A stretch of 35,441 bases of DNA from Pseudomonadales bacterium (GTDB taxonomy: Bacteria > Pseudomonadota > Gammaproteobacteria > Pseudomonadales > JANQMK01): positions 1 to 35,441 of the forward strand of contig JANQMK010000062.1 in assembly GCA_028280085.1 (NCBI GenBank), written 5' to 3'. The notes under the pieces were generated by a model, which saw nothing but the letters and a program-made list of their open reading frames with translations, did no database searches and was not told the origin of the DNA. Numbering within the stretch: the first letter of the stretch is position 1; every line of letters starts with the position of its first letter. Both the position numbers and the translations under genes were made by a program. This document shows positions 17,859 through 28,329 of the stretch, one piece after another.

Positions 17859-17904
17859 CTAGGGGACCTCTGAATAATAGGGAGATACTTCAGAGGTCCC
17901 TTAG
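17859..17904. repeat. Copy A (best hairpin) of the ~45-nt intergenic repeat
   Basis: Sequence ctaggggacctctgaataatagggagatacttcagaggtcccttag. The 12-bp perfect stem gggacctctgaa/ttcagaggtccc encloses a 14-nt loop. Confidence 0.8.
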
Positions 17905-18078
17905 CTTAAATTTTATTATTTAAGTATAACACCAGATTTTCATGATAATAAATTATCTAGCTAGATTTTTTATGCTCTATAGAGGTAAATATTGAAAAGT
18001 GTAAGTTGGTTTAATGTCTTAATGTGGCCAGCATAATATATTTTTATTGTTAGACTTAAAACCTAGAGGCCCCACTTC

Positions 18079-19083
18079 TTACTTATCTTTACCACGAAAC
18101 TGACTTGGTGATACACCGCACCATTTCTTAAACGCTCGACCAAAGTTAGAAGGGTCGTTATATCCTAAAAAAAATGCTATCTCACTGACTGACAACCGAG
18201 TGTTTTTTAGATAATCAACAGCAATATCACGCCGCACACCATCTAAAATATCTTGGAAACATGTACCCGCCTCAGCCAAGCGCCGGCGCAACGTACGTGC
18301 AGTCATATTGAGTTCCTCCGCTATTCTTTCCAGCGACGGGAAAGGGCCTCTATTGGCCGCCAGCCGACGCTGAATTTGCATAGCCACATCATTGGGGACT
18401 TCAAGAATTTCTCGTTCACACTGCTCTACCGCCTTACTTTTTGTCGTTTTATCATAGTTCGGTAACGCAACTTTCAGCTGCTCCGGCTCAAATATCAGCT
18501 CCATATAGGGCTGGTCAAATTTTGCTGGACACAAAAAAATGCCCTCGTATAAACTACTATACTCCGGCTCACTATAGCTGCACCGAATGAGCTTACTATA
18601 ACAACGACCGCCGGCTATAAAACGCAATGCGCCAATCAGTGCGCTCATCACCGTTTCCAAAAAAACCACTTTAACTTCACTAGGGACTTTTGTTTCTATA
18701 ATACGCAGCGCAATCCCTGAACTATCCTCACTAAACTCAATATCAATCAGTGGCGTTCTAACTTGGATATACCGACCAATTAGATCTGCAGCTTCAGCCA
18801 CAGAGGCACTGCTCATGGCGGCTAACCCTAGCGAACCATGATTGGTAATAGTCATACGGCTACCTAACAACAGACCAATAGCGGGTTCACCCGTTAATTC
18901 AATGGACCGCCGCAACACGAAAGTAAACTGTTCTAGTGAAATAGTTGCATCTTCTCCAGCATCTATTTCTCTTGCAGTAATACCGGCCTCTTCAAATAGC
19001 TTTGCGCTATCTGCACCGAGCGAATCAACCAATTCCATATGATTGTCAATGTAATACAGTGGTACCCTATCTATAGGAGACAT
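18079..19083 (-). CDS. AraC/XylS-family transcriptional regulator
   Basis: 334-aa ORF. The C-terminal double HTH (SLERIAEELNMTARTLRRRLAEAG...VSEIAFFLGYNDPSNFGRAFKKWCGVSPSQFR) is typical of AraC. It is divergent from the ferredoxin-alkB pair. Confidence 0.9.
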   Translation of the reverse strand: MSPIDRVPLYYIDNHMELVDSLGADSAKLFEEAGITAREIDAGEDATISLEQFTFVLRRSIELTGEPAIGLLLGSRMTITNHGSLGLAAMSSASVAEAADLIGRYIQVRTPLIDIEFSEDSSGIALRIIETKVPSEVKVVFLETVMSALIGALRFIAGGRCYSKLIRCSYSEPEYSSLYEGIFLCPAKFDQPYMELIFEPEQLKVALPNYDKTTKSKAVEQCEREILEVPNDVAMQIQRRLAANRGPFPSLERIAEELNMTARTLRRRLAEAGTCFQDILDGVRRDIAVDYLKNTRLSVSEIAFFLGYNDPSNFGRAFKKWCGVSPSQFRGKDK

Positions 19084-19291
19084 TTAACCCACCACGCCGT
19101 TAACCGTATTTGACGAATTGACAAAACACCGAGACATGATCAAACCATATACAGTCAAAACAGGATGTCCTGATATGACCGGCCATTGGCCCAGTATACC
19201 CTTTTTTTCAGTCAAATAACGAGCCATACTTAATCCTACCAAAACAAGAATAAACAGGTAGCAGAAACCTAATAATATAATAGGTAGGGGA

Positions 19292-19648
19292 ATGTTTGAT
19301 TTTTTAAAGGGTAACCGCCAAAAGCGTCATGAGTTAACCTTTTCCAACTCTGACCAATCAGTCACAACGTTACCTAACGAGACTGTTTTACAAGCAGCAG
19401 AGCGAGCTGGCGTTACTATGCCCTATCGATGTCGAGTCGGCGGTTGCGGCACATGTAAATGCAGACTTTTAGCCGGTGAAATAAAACCCTTAACCGAATT
19501 TTCTTACGTTTTAAGTAGCGAACAGCTTCAAGAAGGTTATATTTTAGCGTGTCAAAGCGTACCAAAATCAGATATTAAAGTAGAAATAGACTTACAGAAA
19601 CTGGCCATACTAATAGAAAAAAACCTCATTAAAACTCAAGTTGGCTGA
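19292..19648 (+). CDS. Plant-type [2Fe-2S] ferredoxin (stand-alone)
   Basis: 118-aa ORF with the cluster ligands in CRVGGCGTCKC (C-x4-C-x2-C) plus a later LACQS. Confidence 0.85.
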   Translation: MFDFLKGNRQKRHELTFSNSDQSVTTLPNETVLQAAERAGVTMPYRCRVGGCGTCKCRLLAGEIKPLTEFSYVLSSEQLQEGYILACQSVPKSDIKVEIDLQKLAILIEKNLIKTQVG

Positions 19649-19672
19649 CACCAATCATAGGGAGAGGGTGGA

Positions 19673-20857
19673 ATGTTTCACTACATTAAATTTATTTTAT
19701 TTCATTTAACGGTCTTACCCGCGATTATCGGATTTACACTAGGCGGCTCATGGCTCAGTTTAGGTATATTTTCGATGATCATATTTATCGTCAGTGGCGA
19801 CCTGTTACTAGGGGAGGATACAACAACTCCAAACTATCGTCATAAGTGGTTACTCAACCTTCAGCTTTATGCTGCTCTGCCCCTAATTTTTTTGGTTTTA
19901 TTTGTGTTTCTTTGGACGGTCACTGATGGTGACCCGCTGGGTTATGGCGCTTGGATCCAGTCGACTTTCGGCTATGATGCCCTTGCCGCGCGTGAAACCA
20001 ACGATATCGGTGGTTATGTCGGTGCGATATTTTCCGCCGGTCTATTTATTGCTGTTGTCGGCACTAATATCGGCCACGAACTTACCCACAGGACGTGGGA
20101 CCCGCTAGCATTAATTGTTGGCAGATGGTTGCTATCTTTCAGTTTTGACGCTGGTTTTTCAATCGAACACGTCTATGGACATCATGTGAGACTTGGCTCA
20201 AAAAAAGACCCAGCGACAGCGCCGAGAGGAAGAAGTGTTTATCGACATATAGTTATGTCGACCTATCTCGGCAACATCAGTGCGTATAACATTGAAAAAA
20301 ACCGGCTCGAAAAAAGTAACTTACCCGTCATTAGCATTCACAATCGCTATTTACGCGGCTGGCTCATGACAGCGGCAATACTCGTGCTGTCTTACGTAAT
20401 CGCGGGTGTTGCTGGTGTTGTTATGTTTACATTCGCCGGGCTTTGGGGCAAAAGCATATTAGAAATAGTTAACTACATGGAGCACTACGGCATTGTACGC
20501 AATATCGAAGTACCCGTTGAACCGAAACATTCATGGAACTCCAACAAGAAAATTAGCAGTTGGGCATTATTTAACTTACCTCGCCACTCACATCATCATG
20601 CCAAAGGAGACGTGCCTTTTTGGGATCTCAAACCTTATGAAGGGGCGCCAATGATGATTAACGGCTACTTAACTACCGTGCTGATAGCTTTGATACCACC
20701 ACTATGGCACCATTTCATGACACCGAAGCTAATAGAATGGGATGAAAAATATGCCAACGATGAAGAACGTATCATGGCAGCTCGAGCGAACCGAGAAAGT
20801 GGGTTAGCAGACCTGCAAGATAACGGCTATCTAAAAGCAATGGGTGTACCCGTTTAA
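19673..20857 (+). CDS. alkB: AlkB-family integral-membrane di-iron alkane/alkyl hydroxylase
   Basis: 394-aa hydrophobic ORF with HELTHR, EHVYGHH(VRLGSKKDPATAPRG), NYMEHYG and LPRHSHHHA. These are the four AlkB/XylM histidine motifs, in the expected order. Confidence 0.85.
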   Translation: MFHYIKFILFHLTVLPAIIGFTLGGSWLSLGIFSMIIFIVSGDLLLGEDTTTPNYRHKWLLNLQLYAALPLIFLVLFVFLWTVTDGDPLGYGAWIQSTFGYDALAARETNDIGGYVGAIFSAGLFIAVVGTNIGHELTHRTWDPLALIVGRWLLSFSFDAGFSIEHVYGHHVRLGSKKDPATAPRGRSVYRHIVMSTYLGNISAYNIEKNRLEKSNLPVISIHNRYLRGWLMTAAILVLSYVIAGVAGVVMFTFAGLWGKSILEIVNYMEHYGIVRNIEVPVEPKHSWNSNKKISSWALFNLPRHSHHHAKGDVPFWDLKPYEGAPMMINGYLTTVLIALIPPLWHHFMTPKLIEWDEKYANDEERIMAARANRESGLADLQDNGYLKAMGVPV

Positions 20858-20962
20858 TAACCATAACGCTAGTAGAAGATATATAGAACTTTACTTAGCA
20901 AGCACGGCAGTATGCCCCGTTACACCGCGTATAGTTCTTAACTTAATTTCTTACTTTAGTGC

Positions 20963-22483
20963 TTAGCTCGCTTTAGCCGCGTCGGCTATCTTTACCTGCC
21001 AAATAGCCGGCGCAGTTTGATGCACAGATTCTCCATTAACATCAACAGCGACACTAACAGGCATGTCTTTTACTTCAAATTCATGAATCGCCTCCATGCC
21101 TAGCTCAGGGAATGCTACAACTCGTGACCCAGTTATTGCTTTCGACACTAGGTAAGCCGCTCCCCCAACTGCCATCAAATAAGTTGATCGGTGCTTTTTA
21201 ATGGCGTCAATAGCTACAGCCCCACGCTCAGCCTTACCTATCATGCCAAGCAAGCCCGTTTTTTCTAGCATCATATCGGTGAACTTATCCATACGCGTTG
21301 CCGTTGTTGGTCCTGCCGGGCCGACCACTTCATCACGCACTGCATCGACAGGGCCAACGTAATAAATAAACTTACCTTTAAGATCTACACCCGCTGGTAA
21401 TTCTTCGCCACGGTCAAATATTTCTTGTATTTTCTTATGCGCTGCATCCCGCCCAGTAAGCATTTTCCCGCTCAGTAACAGCGTTTCACCAGGCCGCCAC
21501 TCTTCTATGTCCGCTTGGGTAACAGTATCAAGATTAACGCGGCGTGCAGTAGGTCCCACATCCCACGTAATCTCAGGCCAATCATCAAGACTCGGTGGCG
21601 TTTGTAGTGCTGGGCCAGAACCGTCTAACACAAAATGGGCATGCCGGGTAGCAGCGCAATTTGGAATCATCGTTACCGGCAGAGAGGCTGCATGGGTGGG
21701 ATAGTCCTTAATTTTAACATCCATCACCGTTGTTAACCCACCAAGGCCTTGGGCGCCAATACCAAGCGCGTTGACCTTTTCCATAATCTCTAGGCGCAGC
21801 TCCTCAATACGATTTTTAGGGCCGCGTTCACGCAATGCCTGAATATCAATGGGCTCCATTAACGCTTCCTTCGCCAACACAGCAGATTTCTCCGCTGTAC
21901 CTCCGATACCTATACCCAACATGCCTGGCGGGCACCACCCGGCCCCCATAGTCGGCACGGTTTTTACGACCCAATCTACAATGCTATCAGAAGGGTTTAA
22001 CATGACCATTTTTGATTTGTTTTCTGACCCACCGCCTTTAGCCGCCACCTGAATATCAACGGTATTTCCAGCAACGATTTCGGTATGAATAACAGCGGGC
22101 GTATTGTCTTTGGTATTTTTTCTTGCGCCAGCAGGGTCGACTAATATAGACGCTCGTAAGACATTATCCGGATGGGTATAAGCGCGGCGCACACCCTCAT
22201 TAATCATATCGTTCAAGCTCATCTCTGCGTCCCAGGTTACGTCCATACCAACTTTAACGAATACGGTAACAATCCCCGTATCTTGGCAAATAGGCCGTTT
22301 ACCTTCAGCACACATGCGCGAATTAATGAGGATTTGAGCCATAGCATCTTTTGCTGCCTGGCTTTCTTCTTTTAGATAGGCTGCATGCACAGCTTGAATA
22401 AAATCGATAGGATGGTAATAAGAAATAAACTGCAGCGCATCAGCAACACTGTCGATAAGATCATCTTGGCGAATAACCGTCAT
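20963..22483 (-). CDS. fumA: Class I (Fe-S, FumA/FumB-type) fumarate hydratase
   Basis: 506-aa ORF with fused alpha and beta regions (ICQDTGIVTVF, GGGSENKSK, GPVDAV..., GKAERG), characteristic of class I fumarase. Confidence 0.92.
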   Translation of the reverse strand: MTVIRQDDLIDSVADALQFISYYHPIDFIQAVHAAYLKEESQAAKDAMAQILINSRMCAEGKRPICQDTGIVTVFVKVGMDVTWDAEMSLNDMINEGVRRAYTHPDNVLRASILVDPAGARKNTKDNTPAVIHTEIVAGNTVDIQVAAKGGGSENKSKMVMLNPSDSIVDWVVKTVPTMGAGWCPPGMLGIGIGGTAEKSAVLAKEALMEPIDIQALRERGPKNRIEELRLEIMEKVNALGIGAQGLGGLTTVMDVKIKDYPTHAASLPVTMIPNCAATRHAHFVLDGSGPALQTPPSLDDWPEITWDVGPTARRVNLDTVTQADIEEWRPGETLLLSGKMLTGRDAAHKKIQEIFDRGEELPAGVDLKGKFIYYVGPVDAVRDEVVGPAGPTTATRMDKFTDMMLEKTGLLGMIGKAERGAVAIDAIKKHRSTYLMAVGGAAYLVSKAITGSRVVAFPELGMEAIHEFEVKDMPVSVAVDVNGESVHQTAPAIWQVKIADAAKAS

Positions 22484-22868
22484 TGTTAAAGTCGCTCCTT
22501 ATTATTCAGCTAAACCCGCGGGTCATTTCATTTACTATGGGATTTAGGCTGTCATGATTATCAAAATAATGAAGAAATTGTTTAGGCCAGCATTAATAGC
22601 AGTTCCGTTCCACAAAGATTGCTATATGATCAATATAAGACGCTATTGTACACTATTATCACGCGACACGGTGTCAAAATCTCAATATGCATTGTCGTCA
22701 CCAAATGACAGACTAAAAATGACAAACCAACGTTGTCACCAAGTCTTAATCTCATCCAATACACTGATCAATTCCTGCCTCTTTAACATGGTATTAATGA
22801 TTGACTGAGGGCGCTCAAATTGACAACATACCCTAATCTAAAACAACCCAATCTAAAACACGTACTGC

Positions 22869-23648
22869 ATGTCGGAGTTCACTATGTCTCATATTCTTAC
22901 GTCTACTAACGGCAGAACATTAACAATTCAAATGAATCGGCCTGACAAAAGAAATGCGCTCACCCAAGAAATGTACGCGAAATGGGGTGACGCTTTGATT
23001 GAAGCCGACAACGATAACAATATCCGCGCTATATTAATACGCGGTACTGATGACTGTTTTACCGCGGGTAATGATTTAACAGATTTTGCCGGTCGTAGCG
23101 ACGGTGATGAAGAAACCCCTGTAGCCCGACTTTTATCTCTACTTGTGACCACGAAGAAGCCAATTGTCGCTGCCGTTAACGGTCCCGCGGTCGGTATCGG
23201 AACAACCGCATTATTACATTGCGATATCGTAGTTGCGGCTGACCAGGCTGTTTTTAAACTGCCTTTTACGCCGTTAGGCGTGTGCGCAGAAGCCGCCTCT
23301 AGCTTCTTAATGCCTATGTTGGTCGGTCACGCTAAAGCATCCGAGCTATTGTTACTAGGTGATAAATTTAGTGCAGCTGACGCACTCAATTATGGCATCG
23401 TTAATGCTGTCACCACTGAGGAAAACTACTTAGCTAAAGCACATGAATATTGTCAAAGACTCGAAGCACTCCCACCCACGGCACTGCAAACAACTAAGTC
23501 ATTACTCAAACAAAGCTATCAAGAACAAATTACCGCAACGATGCAAAGGGAATTTAAATTGTTCGAGCAGTTACTCAAAGGACCTGAGTCTCGTGAAGCT
23601 ATGACAGCTTTTCTGGAAAAGCGCGCACCTGATTTTTCTTCATTTTAA
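22869..23648 (+). CDS. Enoyl-CoA hydratase/isomerase (crotonase) family protein
   Basis: 259-aa ORF with LNRPDKRNAL, FTAGNDL and PIVAAVNGPAVGIGTT (oxyanion-hole segments). An alternative start is ATG 22884. Confidence 0.9.
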   Translation: MSEFTMSHILTSTNGRTLTIQMNRPDKRNALTQEMYAKWGDALIEADNDNNIRAILIRGTDDCFTAGNDLTDFAGRSDGDEETPVARLLSLLVTTKKPIVAAVNGPAVGIGTTALLHCDIVVAADQAVFKLPFTPLGVCAEAASSFLMPMLVGHAKASELLLLGDKFSAADALNYGIVNAVTTEENYLAKAHEYCQRLEALPPTALQTTKSLLKQSYQEQITATMQREFKLFEQLLKGPESREAMTAFLEKRAPDFSSF

Positions 23649-23670
23649 ACGCATTTAATTTTTGCATTCA

Positions 23671-24555
23671 TTAACCAGGATTGGGAGTGATGCCTTGTAG
23701 GCGTTGTATCTCTTGCTTTAGCTGCAACAACTCTTTGTTAATCTGTTTTCTGTGGGCATTAATGCCTGTGACCGCATCAGTGTTACGCCTGATGCCTTCT
23801 TCGAGCTTCTTCACCTTCACCCCCCCGTTATCATTGGTTACTGTAGTAGCTAACTTATCTATTGTATCAACTCTCAGCTCCAACATTTTATAGTCTGATG
23901 CCAATTGGCCTAATGTTGAATTATTCGCTGTACCAGTTTCATCCAAACTAATAAGACGAGCGTCCATCGCTTGTAGTAAACCAGCATGCTGCTCAACTTT
24001 ATTCGTGTGGCTTTTTATTTGGCGTTGCATCGCTTCTAGAGCGGCCTGATTGTTACCCACACCACTTGTGTTGGTGGTAATTAATTTTTCTTGAGCGGCT
24101 AAATCTTCCTGGTTCTTGGCAACATTTTCCTTATTTTCCGCGATAGCTTGCTTATTCTTATTGTATGATATTGCCCACAGTTTGCGAATTTCAGAGTCAT
24201 GTTCTTTTAGTTTCATCTTTAACACAACTGCTGACTCACTAGCGTGTTCATCAGTAATCGACAAGCGATCTTCCAGCAGTTTTACTCGTTTTTGCGAGGA
24301 CGCAATATGCCCATTCGCTTTATCCAGCTCAAGCTTCAAATATAGAGCTAAGCCGACTGCACCACAGGCAATGATAAACGCAATAAATATAAACAACTTA
24401 ACACTGGTCTTGACCGGCGGGGCGACACTGGCAACATTACCAGTGGAGGTGGCAGCTGCGTTACCATGTCGACTTCTATAAGAAGCGATCTCATCTCTTT
24501 CAGGAATAATGGCAAAATCGTCAGGTTTCGGTTCTTTCACAACGCTCGTTCCCAT
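23671..24555 (-). CDS. Single-pass membrane-anchored coiled-coil protein, unknown function
   Basis: 294-aa ORF with one TM helix (LFIFIAFIIACGAVGLALYL) followed by about 210 aa of heptad-like, charged, Gln/Lys/Glu-rich sequence. Confidence 0.6.
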   Translation of the reverse strand: MGTSVVKEPKPDDFAIIPERDEIASYRSRHGNAAATSTGNVASVAPPVKTSVKLFIFIAFIIACGAVGLALYLKLELDKANGHIASSQKRVKLLEDRLSITDEHASESAVVLKMKLKEHDSEIRKLWAISYNKNKQAIAENKENVAKNQEDLAAQEKLITTNTSGVGNNQAALEAMQRQIKSHTNKVEQHAGLLQAMDARLISLDETGTANNSTLGQLASDYKMLELRVDTIDKLATTVTNDNGGVKVKKLEEGIRRNTDAVTGINAHRKQINKELLQLKQEIQRLQGITPNPG

Positions 24556-24971
24556 TTATCCAAATCAGGCGCACACGTTCAGTTCCACTAATATCGAGAT
24601 TAATTACCGCTTGCTCAGCTAATGCTAGGCCCTGGTGCACTCCTAGTTCACTATAGTACTGTGAAGAGTGCCGTGTAAGCCTTCCACACTGCCTTCACTA
24701 CTAGTTTACCGACCCAGACAGCGACGGAAAGATCAGGTAATAGTAAAGCATTAGGCTGTCGGTAATATACCCAGTATCGTAAAAGTTGAATGGCAGCCAG
24801 ACTTTAATTACTTAATTAGCTTACTGTTTTAGCTGAATTTTACCTATTCGTAAATACCATTTATTTACAGTTACCGCTACTCCTCATGATTGAAGATGAG
24901 AAAAATAGCGGCAAAGTACCTCTCTGACATTTTTTATACGCCATCAATCACACAAGTCACTGCAGTAAAAA

Positions 24972-25016
24972 CTAGGCCGCTCCTGAATAATGAGAAAATG
25001 ACTCAAGGTGCCCTAG
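24972..25016. repeat. Copy B of the ~45-nt intergenic repeat
   Basis: Sequence ctaggccgctcctgaataatgagaaaatgactcaaggtgccctag, directly beyond the groEL terminator. Confidence 0.75.
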
Positions 25017-25020
25017 AAAC

Positions 25021-25048
25021 AAAAAAGCCTCGAGTTAATCGAGGCTTT
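25021..25048 (-). terminator. Rho-independent terminator of groESL
   Basis: On the minus strand, aaagcctcg-attaact-cgaggcttt forms a 9-bp stem and runs into a T tract. It lies about 60 nt after the groEL stop. Confidence 0.7.
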
Positions 25049-25107
25049 CCATGTTTCACGCAATTTGCGCTATGACCAGGTTTATGGCCGAATATACAAA
25101 GGGCTGA

Positions 25108-26760
<1,653 letters not shown>

Positions 26761-26881
26761 TCAATTTCCTATATTGTCAAATTCTTAAGTGTATTCAATA
26801 TCTTGGACGGGCCATACACATCTTGGAGCGCCCCCAAATTTAGCACGTTCCGGTAATGCAGGGCTCTGGTCAACTATCGTC

Positions 26882-27175
26882 CTAGCCTTCAAGCACACCC
26901 AGCACTTCACTTTCGTTCATAATGATCAGCTCTTCACCACCAACTTTCACCGTATTTGAACCAGAATATTGGCCAAAAACTACGGTATCGCCAACCTTAA
27001 CTTTAAGCGGGCGAATTTCACCGTTATCTAATACAGCACCTTCACCAATTGCAACAACTTCTCCACGGTTTGGCTTTTCCGATGCCGCTCCTGGTAGAAC
27101 AATACCACCAGCTGATGTTGTCTCCTCTTCCTCGCGACGCACCACAATGCGATCGTATAACGGACGAATATTCAT
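26882..27175 (-). CDS. groES: Co-chaperonin GroES (Cpn10)
   Basis: [14 protein letters not shown]...GIVLPG. Start set at the ATG (27173-27175), which follows GGGAGA. The 13-codon N-terminal extension in the ORF track is not expected for GroES. Confidence 0.96.
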   Translation of the reverse strand: MNIRPLYDRIVVRREEEETTSAGGIVLPGAASEKPNRGEVVAIGEGAVLDNGEIRPLKVKVGDTVVFGQYSGSNTVKVGGEELIIMNESEVLGVLEG

Positions 27176-27244
27176 TGAACTGTTTCTCCCAGTATCATCT
27201 ATTTTTGTTAACAAATTCTCCGGACTTAGCCGGCAGAGTGGGTC

Positions 27245-27277
27245 TATATATAGTGCCTGAAATCGCTATTTCAAGGG
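27245..27277 (-). promoter_or_regulatory. Candidate sigma-32 (heat-shock) promoter of groESL
   Basis: The minus strand reads CCCTTGAAA, then a 13-14-nt spacer, then CACTATAT. The sigma-32 consensus is CCCTTGAA-N13-17-CCCCATNT. The -35 matches well and the -10 only partly. It lies about 70-100 nt upstream of the groES ATG. Confidence 0.45.
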
Positions 27278-27474
27278 AAATAGCTGAGCATGCAAATTTA
27301 GTACAATACTAACTTTGCATAAAGTACAGGCAAATAGGTACGGGATAGATGGGGTGTTTTTTGGGTATTTCAACTACTATTGTGACAAAATTTTCTTAGC
27401 AACTTAAATTACTACAAAATTTAAGCATTTTTCATACTGAAATAGCCCAGCCACCTTAGCTTAGTAGTCACTAA

Positions 27475-27990
27475 CTAAACATTGTCATCATCACGAGAAA
27501 ATTCCCCTTCCAGTGTTTCTGATGAATTTCTCTTATTGCTATTTGTATTCTGTTTAAAGGGGCTAGACCCGCTGTGGTCAAATCGCTCCTGTGTCCACGC
27601 ACGTTGGTGTGTATGAATATTGGCAGCAAACATCGCTCGCTGACTCAGCTTAGCAATAGCAACATGCCGCGTTTGCGGTAACAAACAAAGAAAACCCATA
27701 AAGTCGGTCACAAACCCCGGTGTTATTAACAGCGCACCACCAACCGCCAATATCAAGCCTTCGATAAGTTCATGCGCGGGTATTTCGCCACTATCTATTC
27801 TCGCCCTGGCCCTAAATAAGGTATCCAGACCCTGTTGACGTAACATCACACTACCTAATAGCGCCGTAAACAACACTAAGCCAATTGTTGAAAGCGCGCC
27901 TATACGGGTTCCCACGGCGATCAAGATCGACATCTCAACAATAGGCATAATGACAAATAGTAAAAATAATAGGGGCACGTTTACTCCCAC
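27475..27990 (-). CDS. fxsA: FxsA-family inner-membrane protein
   Basis: The N-terminal hydrophobic region IMPIVEMSILIAVGTRIGALSTIGLVLFTALLGSVMLRQQG is typical of FxsA. It is near groESL, as fxsA is in E. coli. GTG start. Confidence 0.82.
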   Translation of the reverse strand: MGVNVPLLFLLFVIMPIVEMSILIAVGTRIGALSTIGLVLFTALLGSVMLRQQGLDTLFRARARIDSGEIPAHELIEGLILAVGGALLITPGFVTDFMGFLCLLPQTRHVAIAKLSQRAMFAANIHTHQRAWTQERFDHSGSSPFKQNTNSNKRNSSETLEGEFSRDDDNV

Positions 27991-28329
27991 ACGCTCAAAC
28001 CGAGCCGCAATCGATCGAAATTTATACCAAAAACACCGATAAAAAAATTCAAGATGACAAAAAACATCCCATCGGCCGACTATTCTATCAATTCGTCGGC
28101 TTAGAACAAATTTAGTTCCTCGTGTTCAGATGTATTTTATTGCCCAAGCCGGCAAAACAAATTTTAATAAAAATCAAACGTATTTTTGAATTTAAATTAG
28201 CCAATGCGAAATGACTATCACAAATACAGGTAAAAAAGTTCGGATAAATCATGCAATAACTGGCGGGCCTCAAATATTTCTGTAAAGCTTAAGAGAATAG
28301 GAATAAGCAACTATACATAGAGGCCGAAA

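Noticed and set aside
22554-22808. 84-aa ORF in the fumA / enoyl-CoA hydratase intergenic region; likewise 8226-8426 and 24890-25075
   Set aside because: None has a Shine-Dalgarno or a recognisable motif. All lie in AT-rich promoter regions, and 24890-25075 reads through the groEL terminator hairpin.
26882-27214. 110-aa version of GroES given by the ORF track
   Set aside because: The canonical MNIRPL start at 27175 has a GGGAGA ribosome-binding site, and GroES proteins are about 96 aa. The upstream 13 codons are treated as 5' UTR.
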